From Epithemia pelagica (Eukaryota; Protista; Bacillariophyta), in assembly GCA_946965045.2 (NCBI GenBank), contig OX337231.1, positions 1,798,001-1,862,000 of the forward strand: 64,000 nucleotides of DNA. Reading direction: 5' to 3'. This document shows, piece after piece, positions 35,593 to 47,021 of this stretch. The position numbers were made by a program, and so were the translations under genes. The notes beneath the pieces were generated by a model. That model did not search any database. It had not been told where the DNA came from and worked only from the letters and a program-made list of their open reading frames with translations. Every line of letters starts with the position of its first letter. The stretch's first letter is position 1.

Positions 35593-36750
35593 TCATGCAA
35601 GGTCTTCACTTTCGCCTGGATTGGACAAGTTCATGTGACTCATTTCAGTTTCGGCGTCGTCCGCGGGAACCGAAGCCGACAGACGGGAGTATGGTCCTGT
35701 CCGTGGCGTTCGACCTCGTCGATTGCAGGAAGTAGTCAACAGGAGGCCATTCAACGAAAACATAACCAGCATCAAAAGGACAATTTGGACACCTTTCGCT
35801 GCGGATTCATGTGAGTGTACCGATGGCTGAAAGTTGAGTCCGTTCTCGTCATTGTCCTCGCTTGTGTTGATGACAGGGCGGGAAACCTCGTACTCTAACT
35901 TTTCGGCTTCCTCTTCCTCTTCCTGCAATAATGTCATAGATTGTCCACTGCTGCAAGGACTACAAAAAGGGCCCACCACCAATTTGATGGTTTCATTCCA
36001 TTGCGGAGAACTGGAGAGCAAACAATCGGAGCCTTGAAACATACTTTCAGTCAATGTCCCTCCATTCATGCTGGCACTCCAGCTACACAAATTCTGGTGA
36101 AACGAGGCTGCTCCCATGAACATTTCGCTCATATCCTGTACATTGGATACGTCCCACGTGGTCAGATCCTGATTGAAGACACTGTCTTGAAACATGTGCG
36201 ACATTGTTGTTGCACTGTTTGTTCTCCATCTAGAAATGTCTTGATTGAAACAACTGTTACGAAAGGTTCCTTGAAAATCCTCCACACTGGACACATTCCA
36301 TAATGCGAGTGGCCGATCAAACTCGGAATTCTCAAACATGCCTTTCATACTCTTGACATTGGACACATCCCAGTCTTCAATATCCCCTTGAAATTTGTTG
36401 TTGTTAGAAAACATTCCCTCCATGGTGGTGGCACTGGAAGTGTTCCATTTTGAAAGGTCTTCTTCGAAATTAGGGTAATCACGAAACAGAAATGAAAAAT
36501 CTTCCACAAACCCGACACACCAGTGGCCTATGCGTTCCCCGTACTGCTCTTGGACAGAGGTCCGCTTGTCTCCTCCATGGAGATAACCTCGAACAGCCTC
36601 GGCCAAATCAGACCCATCCGCACCGAAACAAGCCTTTGCGCTTCGCATCGACCGGGTGGTGGCCCCTGACGCATAATGCCTCGCATCAGTGTGCCACAGG
36701 AAAACAAGCGCAAATGTTGCGGTCTCTACGGAATTCCATCGTAACACCAT
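35593..36750 (-). CDS. DUF285/BspA-like repeat surface protein with signal peptide and C-terminal TM helix
   Basis: Repeats WNTSSATTMEGMF, WDVSNVKSMKGMF, WNVSSVEDFQGTF and WDVSNVQDMSEMF. Hydrophobic helix VQIVLLMLVMFSLNGLLL. Confidence 0.88.
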   Translation of the reverse strand: MVLRWNSVETATFALVFLWHTDARHYASGATTRSMRSAKACFGADGSDLAEAVRGYLHGGDKRTSVQEQYGERIGHWCVGFVEDFSFLFRDYPNFEEDLSKWNTSSATTMEGMFSNNNKFQGDIEDWDVSNVKSMKGMFENSEFDRPLALWNVSSVEDFQGTFRNSCFNQDISRWRTNSATTMSHMFQDSVFNQDLTTWDVSNVQDMSEMFMGAASFHQNLCSWSASMNGGTLTESMFQGSDCLLSSSPQWNETIKLVVGPFCSPCSSGQSMTLLQEEEEEAEKLEYEVSRPVINTSEDNDENGLNFQPSVHSHESAAKGVQIVLLMLVMFSLNGLLLTTSCNRRGRTPRTGPYSRLSASVPADDAETEMSHMNLSNPGESEDLA

Positions 36751-37171
36751 GTTCTGCTGCGTCCAATTGTGTGGATCAATGAACTGCTTCGAGCTAAAAG
36801 ATGCAGGATCGAATCAATTGTGCGCTACCTTTTCTCTCAAGGGAGCTTCTTAAATCTTATCGTGGTTAACTGGGAGAAGGAATAAAAAATACTTGTCGAC
36901 CGATGTTCGTCCACACGAATAATGTGACGGCAAGTGGATGTGCGTATTGCGTATGTCGCCTTGTTGACATCCACAGTCGATACTCGTAGAGCACAAAGAC
37001 AAAGGCCTTTTGTATGGAACTTCGTTTCGAAAGACCCAATCTGTCCTTCTCTAATTACGACTGAGAAGCTTGGAGTGCGCAGAGCAAAGCATACAATCTG
37101 CCAAAGTCAATGATGGGGAGTCCCATGGACACAATCCCCCAAGTCACTCAAAAAGCAAGCAAGCGTGTTCA

Positions 37172-37994
37172 GGGTCGGTCTTATCGGCGTGAAATTTCAC
37201 ACATTTCACACTTCTGGCCGACGTTGCCAAGGTGGGTTGTGAAATTTTTGTGAATTTCACACGAGGCAATTTGAGGCCCCCCATTGCAGTTTCACCAAAA
37301 TTTCACAATTCATCTACGTTGACTAGGTGTAATTTTCCCCACAGTACATTAGGACGTTCTTAGCCCCTCCACCCTCCACAGCAATCACACAGCTATTGCC
37401 ACCATGGAGTCGTCGTCCAGTGCACCTCCAGAAGAGGGCCATCGCAACAATCAACTCATCGTTTCGGCCGAACAAAACAATCCGGGGCCACGACATGACA
37501 ATGGCACAAAAAGCAACAATCAACTACTCCCCATCTCTGGTTCTTTCAGTTCTACAGTTCTACAACAAACACAACGATCAACGCCTTGTTTCGGCCGAAC
37601 GAGACAATCCTGTGCCGCGACAACGACAACAAACGCAACAACCAACTATAAGTGAAACCATCACTTATACCAATGACAACAAGCAGCAGTGGTGGTGACT
37701 ACATAATATAGGCTTATAATTAGTAGGAGTAAGTCGGTTGTATGTTTTGCACTTGTATGATTGTTGTTTATTACTCGCACAGGAAGGGTAAGCGCCTCGT
37801 CATGGTGAAAAGGTTCATCGGTACGAGGTACGAGTTACGACTGCGAAAGACTGAGGTTTTGTGTGAAATCGATTTCACACCTATTGCCAATTGCCATCGA
37901 TCGGACCCTTGTTTTTCACACCCTAAAAACTGCGACATTTGGAAGCTGGATTTGTGTGAAATGAGTGAACTTTCACGCTCGATAAGACCGACCC
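37172..37994. mobile_element. Non-autonomous TIR element (PIF/Harbinger- or Tourist-like), 823 bp
   Basis: About 30-bp TIRs GGGTCGGTCTTATCG(A)GCGTGAAA.TTCAC. TCA on both flanks (37169-37171 and 37995-37997). Repeated subterminal TGTGAAAT/ATTTCACA motifs. Confidence 0.88.
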
Positions 37995-38323
37995 TCAGTT
38001 TCTTATATCGGCACGCCAGCCAAACGAAAAAGGCGCCAATGCCTGTCCGTCGGTCCGTTGATCCCGAACAAGATCATGCTATCAGTCTAATCAGTATAAA
38101 CTAAGACTACAAGCCCTTATGTATCCGTTGCTTCGGAAAAACTACTCTTACACTTTGAGGTTATATTGATTCTATCTGAAGTACACAGTACTAAAACTTT
38201 GATGTTGCGTCGCGCTCTTCTCTCTCCTATTTTGCAATCAACAAGACGGCGATGAATGAAGCAAGAAAAGGTTTGGTATTGTGGTGATCTCTATTGAGAC
38301 GTTGGAAACAGTAAAGCAGAAAA

Positions 38324-40030
38324 ATGGAGAAAGATGCTCTGACAAAGGAGGTCTTGAGGCCCAAAATTGACCATAACATCCCAGGAGATGAGATGAAATG
38401 GCACCAATGGATGCGATATCGATTCTCCAAGAAATACCCCCCTTATTTACATCGCTTGTTAATGAATCCGAGTGATCGCATGCACAAGTATCAGGTGCCC
38501 CGTGTTGCGACGTATCGATCGGTTAGCCGGCACGATTATTTTATGCGAAATGCCTTGCACATTGCTTGCGCGAACAATGCGCCCGTGAGCATTGTGGAGC
38601 TTTTGATCCATATTTATCCTGGCGCCATGAACGAACGCGACAAATCTGGCCGTTTGCCGTTCCACACAGCCTGTGCACACCATCGCAATCTTTATGTGCT
38701 GGAGTACATGATTGATTGCACAGAAAATCTTATGCTTGAAAAGACCGCGTTTGGAGTAAGTTCGCGCATATACATGATTTTTTAAAAGTTGTGATTGGAT
38801 AATCAACCATTCTCATTTTTGTTTGTTTTGAATTTAATGGTGGCGACTATACAGAGCACCCCGCTTGTCTGCGCGATTGAAGGACGTCAACCATTGTACG
38901 TTTTGCAATACTTGGAAGACCAAGATCCGGATGTGTGGACCGAAAAAGTTCAGTATGGCAAGACACCCCTCCACGTTGCCTGTACACTGGCCTCCGATTA
39001 TACCATTTTGTCGTGGATTCTTGGTCGCAAGCCTTCGGCTGCGGAAGAAACAGATTCCTGGGGACGCATCCCGCTTCACCGAGCGGCGGCGGAGAAAAAT
39101 ACGACTCACGAAGTTTTGCGTTTGCTCATCAATCCAACTTCGATCAAGACGGCTGACAAGGGCGGGTGGTTGCCTTTACATGCGGCCGTGTCAAGTGCTG
39201 TCGGGCTTTCGAATATTCGATACATTTATGAAGCGCATCCAGAAGCAATTTCAACCCCAGATCGTAATGGACGAATGCCCTTGCACCATGCTTGCTCCAA
39301 CATTGACAGTACATTGGACGTGATAATATTCCTCTACGAAGCGTACCCAGATGCTATTCGAAAACCCGACAACCAAAGGTGTCTGCCCCTGCATCTACTG
39401 TGCAAGCGATGTGCGGACCTAGAGTTGATTGCATTTATTTTGGGAAAATATACTGGGGCTGTGGGAACCAAAGATGAAACTGGAGCTCAACCATTTCATC
39501 TGGCCGCAGTTCATGGTTGTTCTATTGATATATTGGATATGCTGTTCAGACTGTTACCAGAAACAATAGAGACCCAGGATAATAAGGGCAACACCCCATT
39601 GCACTTGGTTTGCCAACGTAAGCCAACGTACGAATTGGTTGACGTGTTGGTTGGAAACTTCCCTCAAGCCGTCCAGATGAAGAATAAGGATGAATGTTTA
39701 CCCCTTCATTGCTGTTGCCAAGGCGGTCGCGTTCCGATGCAGATTATTCAGCTGATTATTGATCAGTATCCTGGGGGGCTCACTGTACAGGATAAGCGTG
39801 GTCGCATTCCAATTCACTATGCGTTTGACCGGAAAATGCCTAACATAACGCTGACCCGACTGGCACAACAGTACCCTAAAGGATTACGGGTCCGTGATAA
39901 GGCAGACTGCGCTCCTGAAGATTATTCACCAGACAAGCAGCATAAAAGTTTCCGAAAGGCGCGCATCTGGTACAATCTTCGCAAGGCGTACTGTCCCTGC
40001 TGTGTAAGATCGCTCCCTGTCATTGATTGA
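38324..40030 (+). CDS. Ankyrin-repeat protein, 2 exons
   Basis: About 11 repeats of type GxxPLHxAC. The intron 38756-38854 (GTAAGT..ACAG) joins FG|STPL. Confidence 0.9.
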
Positions 40031-40506
40031 GTGAAATGCTGCCTGTTAATCTCGTTCTATTCATAAATGTCGTTCAAGTCAGGGTATTACTGAAGTTAGT
40101 TGCAAACGTTTGTCGTGCATGGCTTAGTTGGGACTTGGGAGACCGTATGCAATGAGCTATGACAAAGCTGAAGTTTTAACCTTACGAACAGGGTTCTAAT
40201 CCTAGAGCTGTTTACTTTTTGGTAATGCTGCATTCTCTGGCGTTAAGGAGCCCAAGAGAAGAGATGAAGTTAATCTTTCATATAAACTATTACAAGATGG
40301 GTTGTATCATGGTCATCGGACCATGACGGCGACCCGTCTTTCGCATGCTCAACATTCTCCAAGTTAGGAGTAGATAGATAGCCATCCACAATCCACAAAG
40401 TTGCCACATAGACTATCCTTCGTCGACTCCTAGGAGACGTCTCTACAATCTCTATCCTTCCCTATCTTTCACTCCATTCACAAAAACAATCATTCTTGGT
40501 GGAAAG

Positions 40507-41046
40507 ATGGAACCACTGGAAATCGGGGTTATAACCAAAGAGATAATTGTACAGGTTAGGTTTGCGAGCGTTTGATCCTTCCGCACTTCTGATATTGGCC
40601 TCTTCTCAACTTATTCTTTTCACCAGGTGAAAGCCATAAACTCGGCGGCGTTTCCAGTGCCTTACCACGATGCGTTTTACAAGGATATAATCGCCAAGGA
40701 GGGGGCCAATGTGTATGCATCTTGGAAAGGTTCTGTAGTCGGTGCTGTTTGCTCGCAAGTGCAAGACTTGGCAGATGGTCAACGTCAGCTCTATATACTG
40801 ACTTTGGCAGTCTTGGCTCCTTTTCGAGGACGAGGCATTGGGACACAATTGATCGAGTCTGTATTGGAGCACTGCAAACAGCACAGGATATCAAAAGTCG
40901 CACTACACGTTCAAACATCGAATACAGACGCCATTCAATTCTATACCTCCAAATTCAAGTTTATTCAGGGTGAGCTCGTTGAAAACTACTACCGCAGAAT
41001 TGATCCCCCTCACTGCTATCTTTTGTACAAAAACTTGGATGAATGA
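40507..41046 (+). CDS. NAA50: N-alpha-acetyltransferase 50 (NatE catalytic subunit, GNAT), 2 exons
   Basis: LEIGVIT..Q|VKAIN..FPVPY...FY, LYILTLAVLAPFRGRGIG, LHVQTSN and NYYRRI. Intron 40555-40626. Confidence 0.85.
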
Positions 41047-41360
41047 AATTGGCTAGTACTAAGTAGAGGATCACCCTGGCATCGTAACATTTTCTGGGAT
41101 GGGCACAGGAGCTACGAGTGTTAAGGCTCGCACGAGTTACGTTGCTTTCCCTTTTCTCAAATGCTTGACATTCCCCCACATGTCTTACTATGAGATTCGA
41201 CCCGCAAAATAGTGGTAGCTGTTCCCGCCAGAATTGTCGGCATGCGTATTTGTTACATAAAAAATAAAATACAACTATGGGGCATTTGAGGTCATGGTTG
41301 CGCGAAGAAATCCCCGAAGGCAAAGGATCCTTGAAGATAAAAGGTCGTCTAGTTGCGCTT

Positions 41361-42095
41361 CTAAACAAGGGGACTGGTTCTTTTGCTCATTCTTTGAACT
41401 GGACAATACTGATCGGGGCAACTCTCATGGTCCGACAAAAGGTTGGTTTTGACGCACGAGGCAACTGCATCGAGTTCCGAGTGACAGGACGGGCAGCAAG
41501 AGTCCCATGGACAGAATAACCCGTGATGCATTTCCTCACATGTTTTCGTAGCCGCCACAAAGCCCAGTGCGTCCAGACCGTACAAGTCACAATGTGAACA
41601 TTCAGCCGCCTCCTTGACGCACGACCTCAGCTCAGATACCTCAGCCTCGCACGCTTGGGAGCCGTCGGCAAGTTTGCGTTGTGAGTTGCCATACGATGTA
41701 TCGGGACAAATGAACAGCAAACAGTTGTTGTCCACGCCGAAATAAATTTCGGCAATCTCTCGTGCGAGGCAATTGTGGTAAAAGGACAACTCTGCAACGC
41801 AGGCTTCACCACAGCAATTGACATGCTCACAGAATATGTTGGACATGTCACGACAGCGTTTGGGTTCGAGTGCATAGATTGTCCAATTTTCGTCATTAGG
41901 ATCGCCACAAGCATCAGTACATCCATTGTCCTGAACGCAAGCTTGATACGCATTCAAGGCGTGAGTTGAACATGGATCGCTAGGGTCGTTTGAAGCAGTG
42001 ATGGCCGCTAGTGTTTGCCTTGAGCAAATGAAAAGAACAGCCAAAAAGGTGATGCATCCCCTTGTCCATGCTTGCTTCGCTGCTATTCGTTGCAT
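41361..42095 (-). CDS. Secreted cysteine-rich protein with two homologous Cys-rich repeats
   Basis: Signal peptide, then two units with matching Cys spacing (C..C..C..C..C..C..CC..C..C..C..CP) separated by RKL. Confidence 0.8.
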   Translation of the reverse strand: MQRIAAKQAWTRGCITFLAVLFICSRQTLAAITASNDPSDPCSTHALNAYQACVQDNGCTDACGDPNDENWTIYALEPKRCRDMSNIFCEHVNCCGEACVAELSFYHNCLAREIAEIYFGVDNNCLLFICPDTSYGNSQRKLADGSQACEAEVSELRSCVKEAAECSHCDLYGLDALGFVAATKTCEEMHHGLFCPWDSCCPSCHSELDAVASCVKTNLLSDHESCPDQYCPVQRMSKRTSPLV

Positions 42096-43389
42096 GGTTT
42101 GTTTGTTGCTTATCCTTGGGTGAACTGTTGATTAGCCTGAAAAGATTTACCGACTATCGACCAAAGAAACGAATCTTGTGTAACTCTCCTTTGTATGCAA
42201 TGGGTTTCTTGTTGGCGCTCAAACACCAAAAATTTGAACCGAGGGAAATGGTTGAAGTTATATTATGATTATGAGGGAATCGCATGGCCCTTCACAAATT
42301 TTGATAATCAATCTTAACGTCTAATTACCGTACAAGTATACATACTCGACAACAGACTTCCACATCGTACTCTCAAGAGCTACGGGGACCAAATATATTA
42401 ATGATAAAGTACAACATAGCTACACACCGTCTGGTAGTCAAAAGGGCTTAACAGAAGCATCCATCTTCACGCATGCATCGCTTTCTTATTAAGGCTTCGC
42501 GATACTCTAAGAAGAAATCACATAAAAATCTAAACTGGCAACTGAACCGAAATCTGCAACGACAACGAGAAACATTCCTTACCCTGCCTTTTCATACTGC
42601 TCTGCGAATGTGAGAAGTCCAACGGTCAATTGGAGACCCACATCCAATGCGTTGAGCCTTGGAGTCGAGTTGTGTCCTCGTCAGATAAGCGGCATGGTGG
42701 GCAATGTCAACGCCATCACACCGGTCTTTGTCTGTCCTTTTACCTACCTAGGCACCTCTATGTCATGCTTGTCGGTCCAATGATTTGAGATGGAGACATG
42801 CCTTCAAACAGAAACAAGGACTCATCTGGGGGTCCATGAGCCGTTTAAGCATCTGATTTTCCATCACCGAGGCGATTGATACCCGGTCCTCAAGTCACAG
42901 AGTTGTCATTTGCCATCGAAAGTCATCTTCGTTTCACAGATCATGGATATAGGTTGAGTTGACAGCTTTGGTGGATATACCGTATTTTAATTTGAATCCA
43001 TACGTCAGCAGTCCATAGACAATATTATATATGACCTGGATAATATGCACTCACTCGAATGAATCCTCTAGGTAGTGCTCCATTTAAGGACATTAACTAC
43101 GGAAACGGACTCCTGAACTTCCGTCTTGCCCCGGATTGAAAGATGTTTCTCGTAGTTGCTCGAAGTTCGAAGAGTGGACGGTAGAAAAGGGTGAAAATTA
43201 GGTTCCTACTCTTGCTTGTCACCGGAGTCAATCCTGATGCCCATAGGCAGGTAGAGGAGGTAGCAGGGCATGGATCCCGAGGTACATTAGAGATAAGGAT
43301 AAAATGAATGAGCGTGATCGGCCATCGACCACGTAGGTACCTTGACCTCCCTCCAATGGATCACGGTTGATTACCAGTGGGAAAGGACG

Positions 43390-44988
43390 ATGAGAATTTT
43401 GGCACAAAGTCGTTTAGCGTTCCTGAGAATCAAATCCAGTCCAAAGTTGGTACATGAATCTTCCTCTGCTTCGGCTACTGCTAGGTGGATGACCCCTAGG
43501 CTTTTGGCTTCTACGTCATCGTTGTCTTCTTCGTCTGCGATTGACAGCGCTTGTGGACCACGAACTTCTTTGTCGGTCTTCCGATGTTTTGCGAGTTCAG
43601 CAGATGCTCAACAAGAGCATCCGAGCAGTAAACGAGCTCTCAATGCTGTCAAACTTCTTCCGTCGTACCTTACTGATGCTCGTTCTGTCGAGCAGTATCA
43701 CCCGACGAATGCTCCGAATGGCGCTCTTCAACTGGGTGTTGCCGAGTCGAAAATGTTAGAAGACTTGCTCGTACCAGCGCTGAACATGCCCATTGAGGTC
43801 GCTGGGGACTGTATTTACTATCAGCAAACTCACGGGCGGTTGCCTTGTCGAGAAAGCATTGCAAGCTACATGGAGTCTTTGCTCGATCTACCGAAGTCGA
43901 GGTTAGACGTTGAGGGTCTTGTTCTGGGCTCAGGATGCAACGCTGTCTTGGAGAATTTGTGCATTTGCCTTGCTGAACCAGGGGAAACGGTCATGATCCC
44001 AACTCCATACTACGCAGCCTTTGAATTCGACCTTGTTGCTCGGGCGAGCCTTCATGTCGAACCAGTTCCAACACAAGAGTACACTGAAATTAGCAGCAGT
44101 GACGGCAACCAACAGGGGCAGCATACGGTCGATCCGTCCAAGTACTATCCAACGGCTGCGGCGCTGACAGCCGCTTATGAGCGGTCTTCTCAGGCTGGCC
44201 ATACCCCAAAGATTTTGCTGCTGAGCCACCCACACAATCCCCTGGGTGTATGCTACCCAAAACACGTTTTGGAAGAATGCATTGACTGGTGTAGAACTAA
44301 CATGGTGCATCTCGTTAGCGACGAGATTTATGCGGGGTCTATATACAAAGATGACAAAGCCGGTTTTCAATCTATTCTGCAAGTTGCTGCTGATAATAAG
44401 AACGGCGAGGATGGAAGTCTCGGCCTTGGACCCTACGTGCACTGGGTGTATGCGATGTCGAAAGATTTCGCTTTATCAGGACTTCGTGTTGGTGTTGCCT
44501 ACAGTGAAAACAAAGCCATCCGCTTACCTATGCAGAAATTGAATGATCTCTGTCAAATTTCCTCGCAAACTCAAGTTTGGGTTGACACACTTATGAAGAA
44601 ACACACTGACGAGGATGATAAAAACTCTCCCCTCTGGGTTGATGAATTCAGACAAGAGAATCATCGTCGCTTAAGAGCTAGGTGCGACGCTCTCACTAAG
44701 TGCTTAGAAGACTGCAAAATTCCGTACTTGCCGGCAACCTCGGGTTTGTTCTGTTGGGTGGATTTGTCGGCCTATTTACCAAAGAATGGAAGCGATGCGG
44801 AACGCGAGAGGGCGTTATACTTGGAGATGGTCAAAGAGTTTGGCTTGTTACTTACACCAGGTAACTCAATGCGCAACGAAGAACCTGGATTTTTCCGTAT
44901 TGTGTTCACGGCTGCCACGGACCAAGAGTTCGAACTGGGACTGCAACGTCTGCGCCATTTCGCAAATGTTAAAGGCCAAGAGATGTAA
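43390..44988 (+). CDS. PLP-dependent aminotransferase class I/II, ACC-synthase-like
   Basis: LQLGVAES, IPTPYYAAFEFDL, HPHNPLG, HLVSDEIYAGS, YAMSKDFALSGLRVG (PLP lysine), GLFCWVDL and EPGFFRIVF. Confidence 0.9.
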   Translation: MRILAQSRLAFLRIKSSPKLVHESSSASATARWMTPRLLASTSSLSSSSAIDSACGPRTSLSVFRCFASSADAQQEHPSSKRALNAVKLLPSYLTDARSVEQYHPTNAPNGALQLGVAESKMLEDLLVPALNMPIEVAGDCIYYQQTHGRLPCRESIASYMESLLDLPKSRLDVEGLVLGSGCNAVLENLCICLAEPGETVMIPTPYYAAFEFDLVARASLHVEPVPTQEYTEISSSDGNQQGQHTVDPSKYYPTAAALTAAYERSSQAGHTPKILLLSHPHNPLGVCYPKHVLEECIDWCRTNMVHLVSDEIYAGSIYKDDKAGFQSILQVAADNKNGEDGSLGLGPYVHWVYAMSKDFALSGLRVGVAYSENKAIRLPMQKLNDLCQISSQTQVWVDTLMKKHTDEDDKNSPLWVDEFRQENHRRLRARCDALTKCLEDCKIPYLPATSGLFCWVDLSAYLPKNGSDAERERALYLEMVKEFGLLLTPGNSMRNEEPGFFRIVFTAATDQEFELGLQRLRHFANVKGQEM

Positions 44989-45252
44989 GAGCTACATGAG
45001 TAAATTAAAGGAGATACATCTCCTGATCCTTCTCAACAGACTTGCCAACTCATCGATCGTCAGTAGGATCTTAGTTCCGACCAAGCAGCGAGTAGTCCAT
45101 TGGGTTGGGGTAGAGGTTATCGTTTGTGCGACCGATTCTCATTTTTTCCAGATCTGAGGATTTTGTTGTTGTTGACGTGGTCGGTTTTGTCCTCGGGGCA
45201 AGTGAGAGAAGGTGACCATAATATTATCGTCAACGTCTTCTCCTTGAGCAAA

Positions 45253-46362
45253 ATGGTCTCTCCCCATGGTGTGATATTCCGGCGCTACGCAGGATGGAGA
45301 CATTTGTTTCTGCCCTTACTTCTCTTTGGTTCTATAACATCCAAAGCTTCTGCATTGTCCTTTCAACCACCTGAAAAAACCTCTGTATTGGCTGGCCTTC
45401 TTGGAGGGTTGGAAGGGCCCGGTTACAACTTCCTACCTCAGCCTCCAGTCCAACAACGAGCAGAGGTGTTATTGAAAGAGCTTGACATACAGTCCAGCGT
45501 GGATCCTGTATTGGCCAAAGTTCCTCCTTCAGAGCTACTGAATCTTCTTTCTGCAAGTGTCCCGACCTTATTAAGAGCCGCGAACGGCGTGTTTGGTCTC
45601 GATTATAAACTCCAATGGATACCGCGAGATGACACCAAGTATGCCTACATAGCCACGAAAACATCACAGCTTCAAGAGACCTGCACATCGAAAGTGCCAA
45701 GTCAACCCATTATTCTATATGACGTTGAATCCAATCCTGAATGTCGCCGAGTTCGGGAAGCGTGTAGCATTCTGTCGCTCACCGTCCAATTTCGTTCAGT
45801 TCCTCGGGGAGGAAGACAGTTTGGAGCTGAAATGAAGAGCTATGGTGCGTCCGACGCTCCATGTATTTATGATCCCAACTTGGCCGTGGCTGTCTCCAAT
45901 TCCGACAGAATTATTGATTTTCTCTTTACAACCTACGGATCAGGCGAGGTTCCACGCTCGCTGAAAGCACCAAGCGAGCAGACGCTCCTCAACTGGCAGT
46001 CATTGTCATCATCATTGGCGGTTGGCCTTTTTAGACTCAATGCTGGTGGGCTTTCTGTATTTTCAAACCCTCCGCCTCGTACTATTGACGGACAACCAGC
46101 TTTGACACTCTGGGCATACGAAGGGTCACCCTACTGCAAAATCGTGGCAGAAACCTTGAGCAAACTCGAACTCGAACATAACGTCATATTTACACCTCGT
46201 GGGAGTCCCAACCGTGAACTTCTTTGGAGAAAAGTAGGCCGGTTCCAAGTTCCCTACCTCGAAGATGCTCACACAGGAGTCTCTCTCTTTGAATCAACGG
46301 CCATCGTTGAATACTTGCAAAAGCAATACGGCATTGCTCCTTCTCCAGTTCAATTCATGTAG
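45253..46362 (+). CDS. Protein with two glutathione-S-transferase N-terminal (thioredoxin-fold) domains, probably plastid-targeted
   Basis: LYDVESNPECRRVRE and LWAYEGSPYCKIVAE...QVPYLED...LFESTAIVEYL. Leader ending ASALSF. Confidence 0.85.
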   Translation: MVSPHGVIFRRYAGWRHLFLPLLLFGSITSKASALSFQPPEKTSVLAGLLGGLEGPGYNFLPQPPVQQRAEVLLKELDIQSSVDPVLAKVPPSELLNLLSASVPTLLRAANGVFGLDYKLQWIPRDDTKYAYIATKTSQLQETCTSKVPSQPIILYDVESNPECRRVREACSILSLTVQFRSVPRGGRQFGAEMKSYGASDAPCIYDPNLAVAVSNSDRIIDFLFTTYGSGEVPRSLKAPSEQTLLNWQSLSSSLAVGLFRLNAGGLSVFSNPPPRTIDGQPALTLWAYEGSPYCKIVAETLSKLELEHNVIFTPRGSPNRELLWRKVGRFQVPYLEDAHTGVSLFESTAIVEYLQKQYGIAPSPVQFM

Positions 46363-47021
46363 ACGATCACAATTGCCATCAAGATCTCGTGCGCCCACTA
46401 GCATTTCGGCTCTTCTAGCAATCGCGGAGGACGTTGCGGAGAGCATATGTGGGCAGAGTGCAGATGATGGCTTTGTTCCATGCAGTCGCAACATCGGAAG
46501 AGTTGAGTGTCCAAGACAAAGACTCATCTTGCTGGAAACAAAGTTGTTTTCTTTCTCCTGCTCCTACTCGAGTCTCGAGTACCCCTAGCTAGGAAAAATA
46601 CTTCTAAGATTCTAGTACGAGTAGGCACCATAGCACTCCACCCACGTGTGGTCGCACTCGTGCTCGTACTGGATAATTATTTTTTAACAATCTTGCAGGG
46701 CTATGATAAATGAATTGCCCAGCCATTCACCGAGAAAAGGCCCAACCGAAATCAAAGAGTAGGATACTATTAATTGATGTAGCGATGCGCACCTCATATT
46801 GTAGAAAAGATCCTGGATCGAAGCTCCGTCCGTTGTCCGTTGAGACCATTGGGACTACTCGTACCGGTACAGTAATAAGAGTATTGAAGAACTGCGGCAC
46901 TTTGTCCCCTCTTTCTGGTTCGCGATCACATTGCTGCGCCATAGCGATCGTGATCGCGCAACAAAAAAGGAGCAAATCCATTGTTAAAAAGTTGGGAGTG
47001 CTCTGTTGACATAGTTTCATC

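Noticed and set aside
42480-43020. Protein-like fragments on the minus strand (e.g. LNALDVGLQLTVGLLTFAEQYEKAG)
   Set aside because: All frames contain multiple stops and no family could be assigned.
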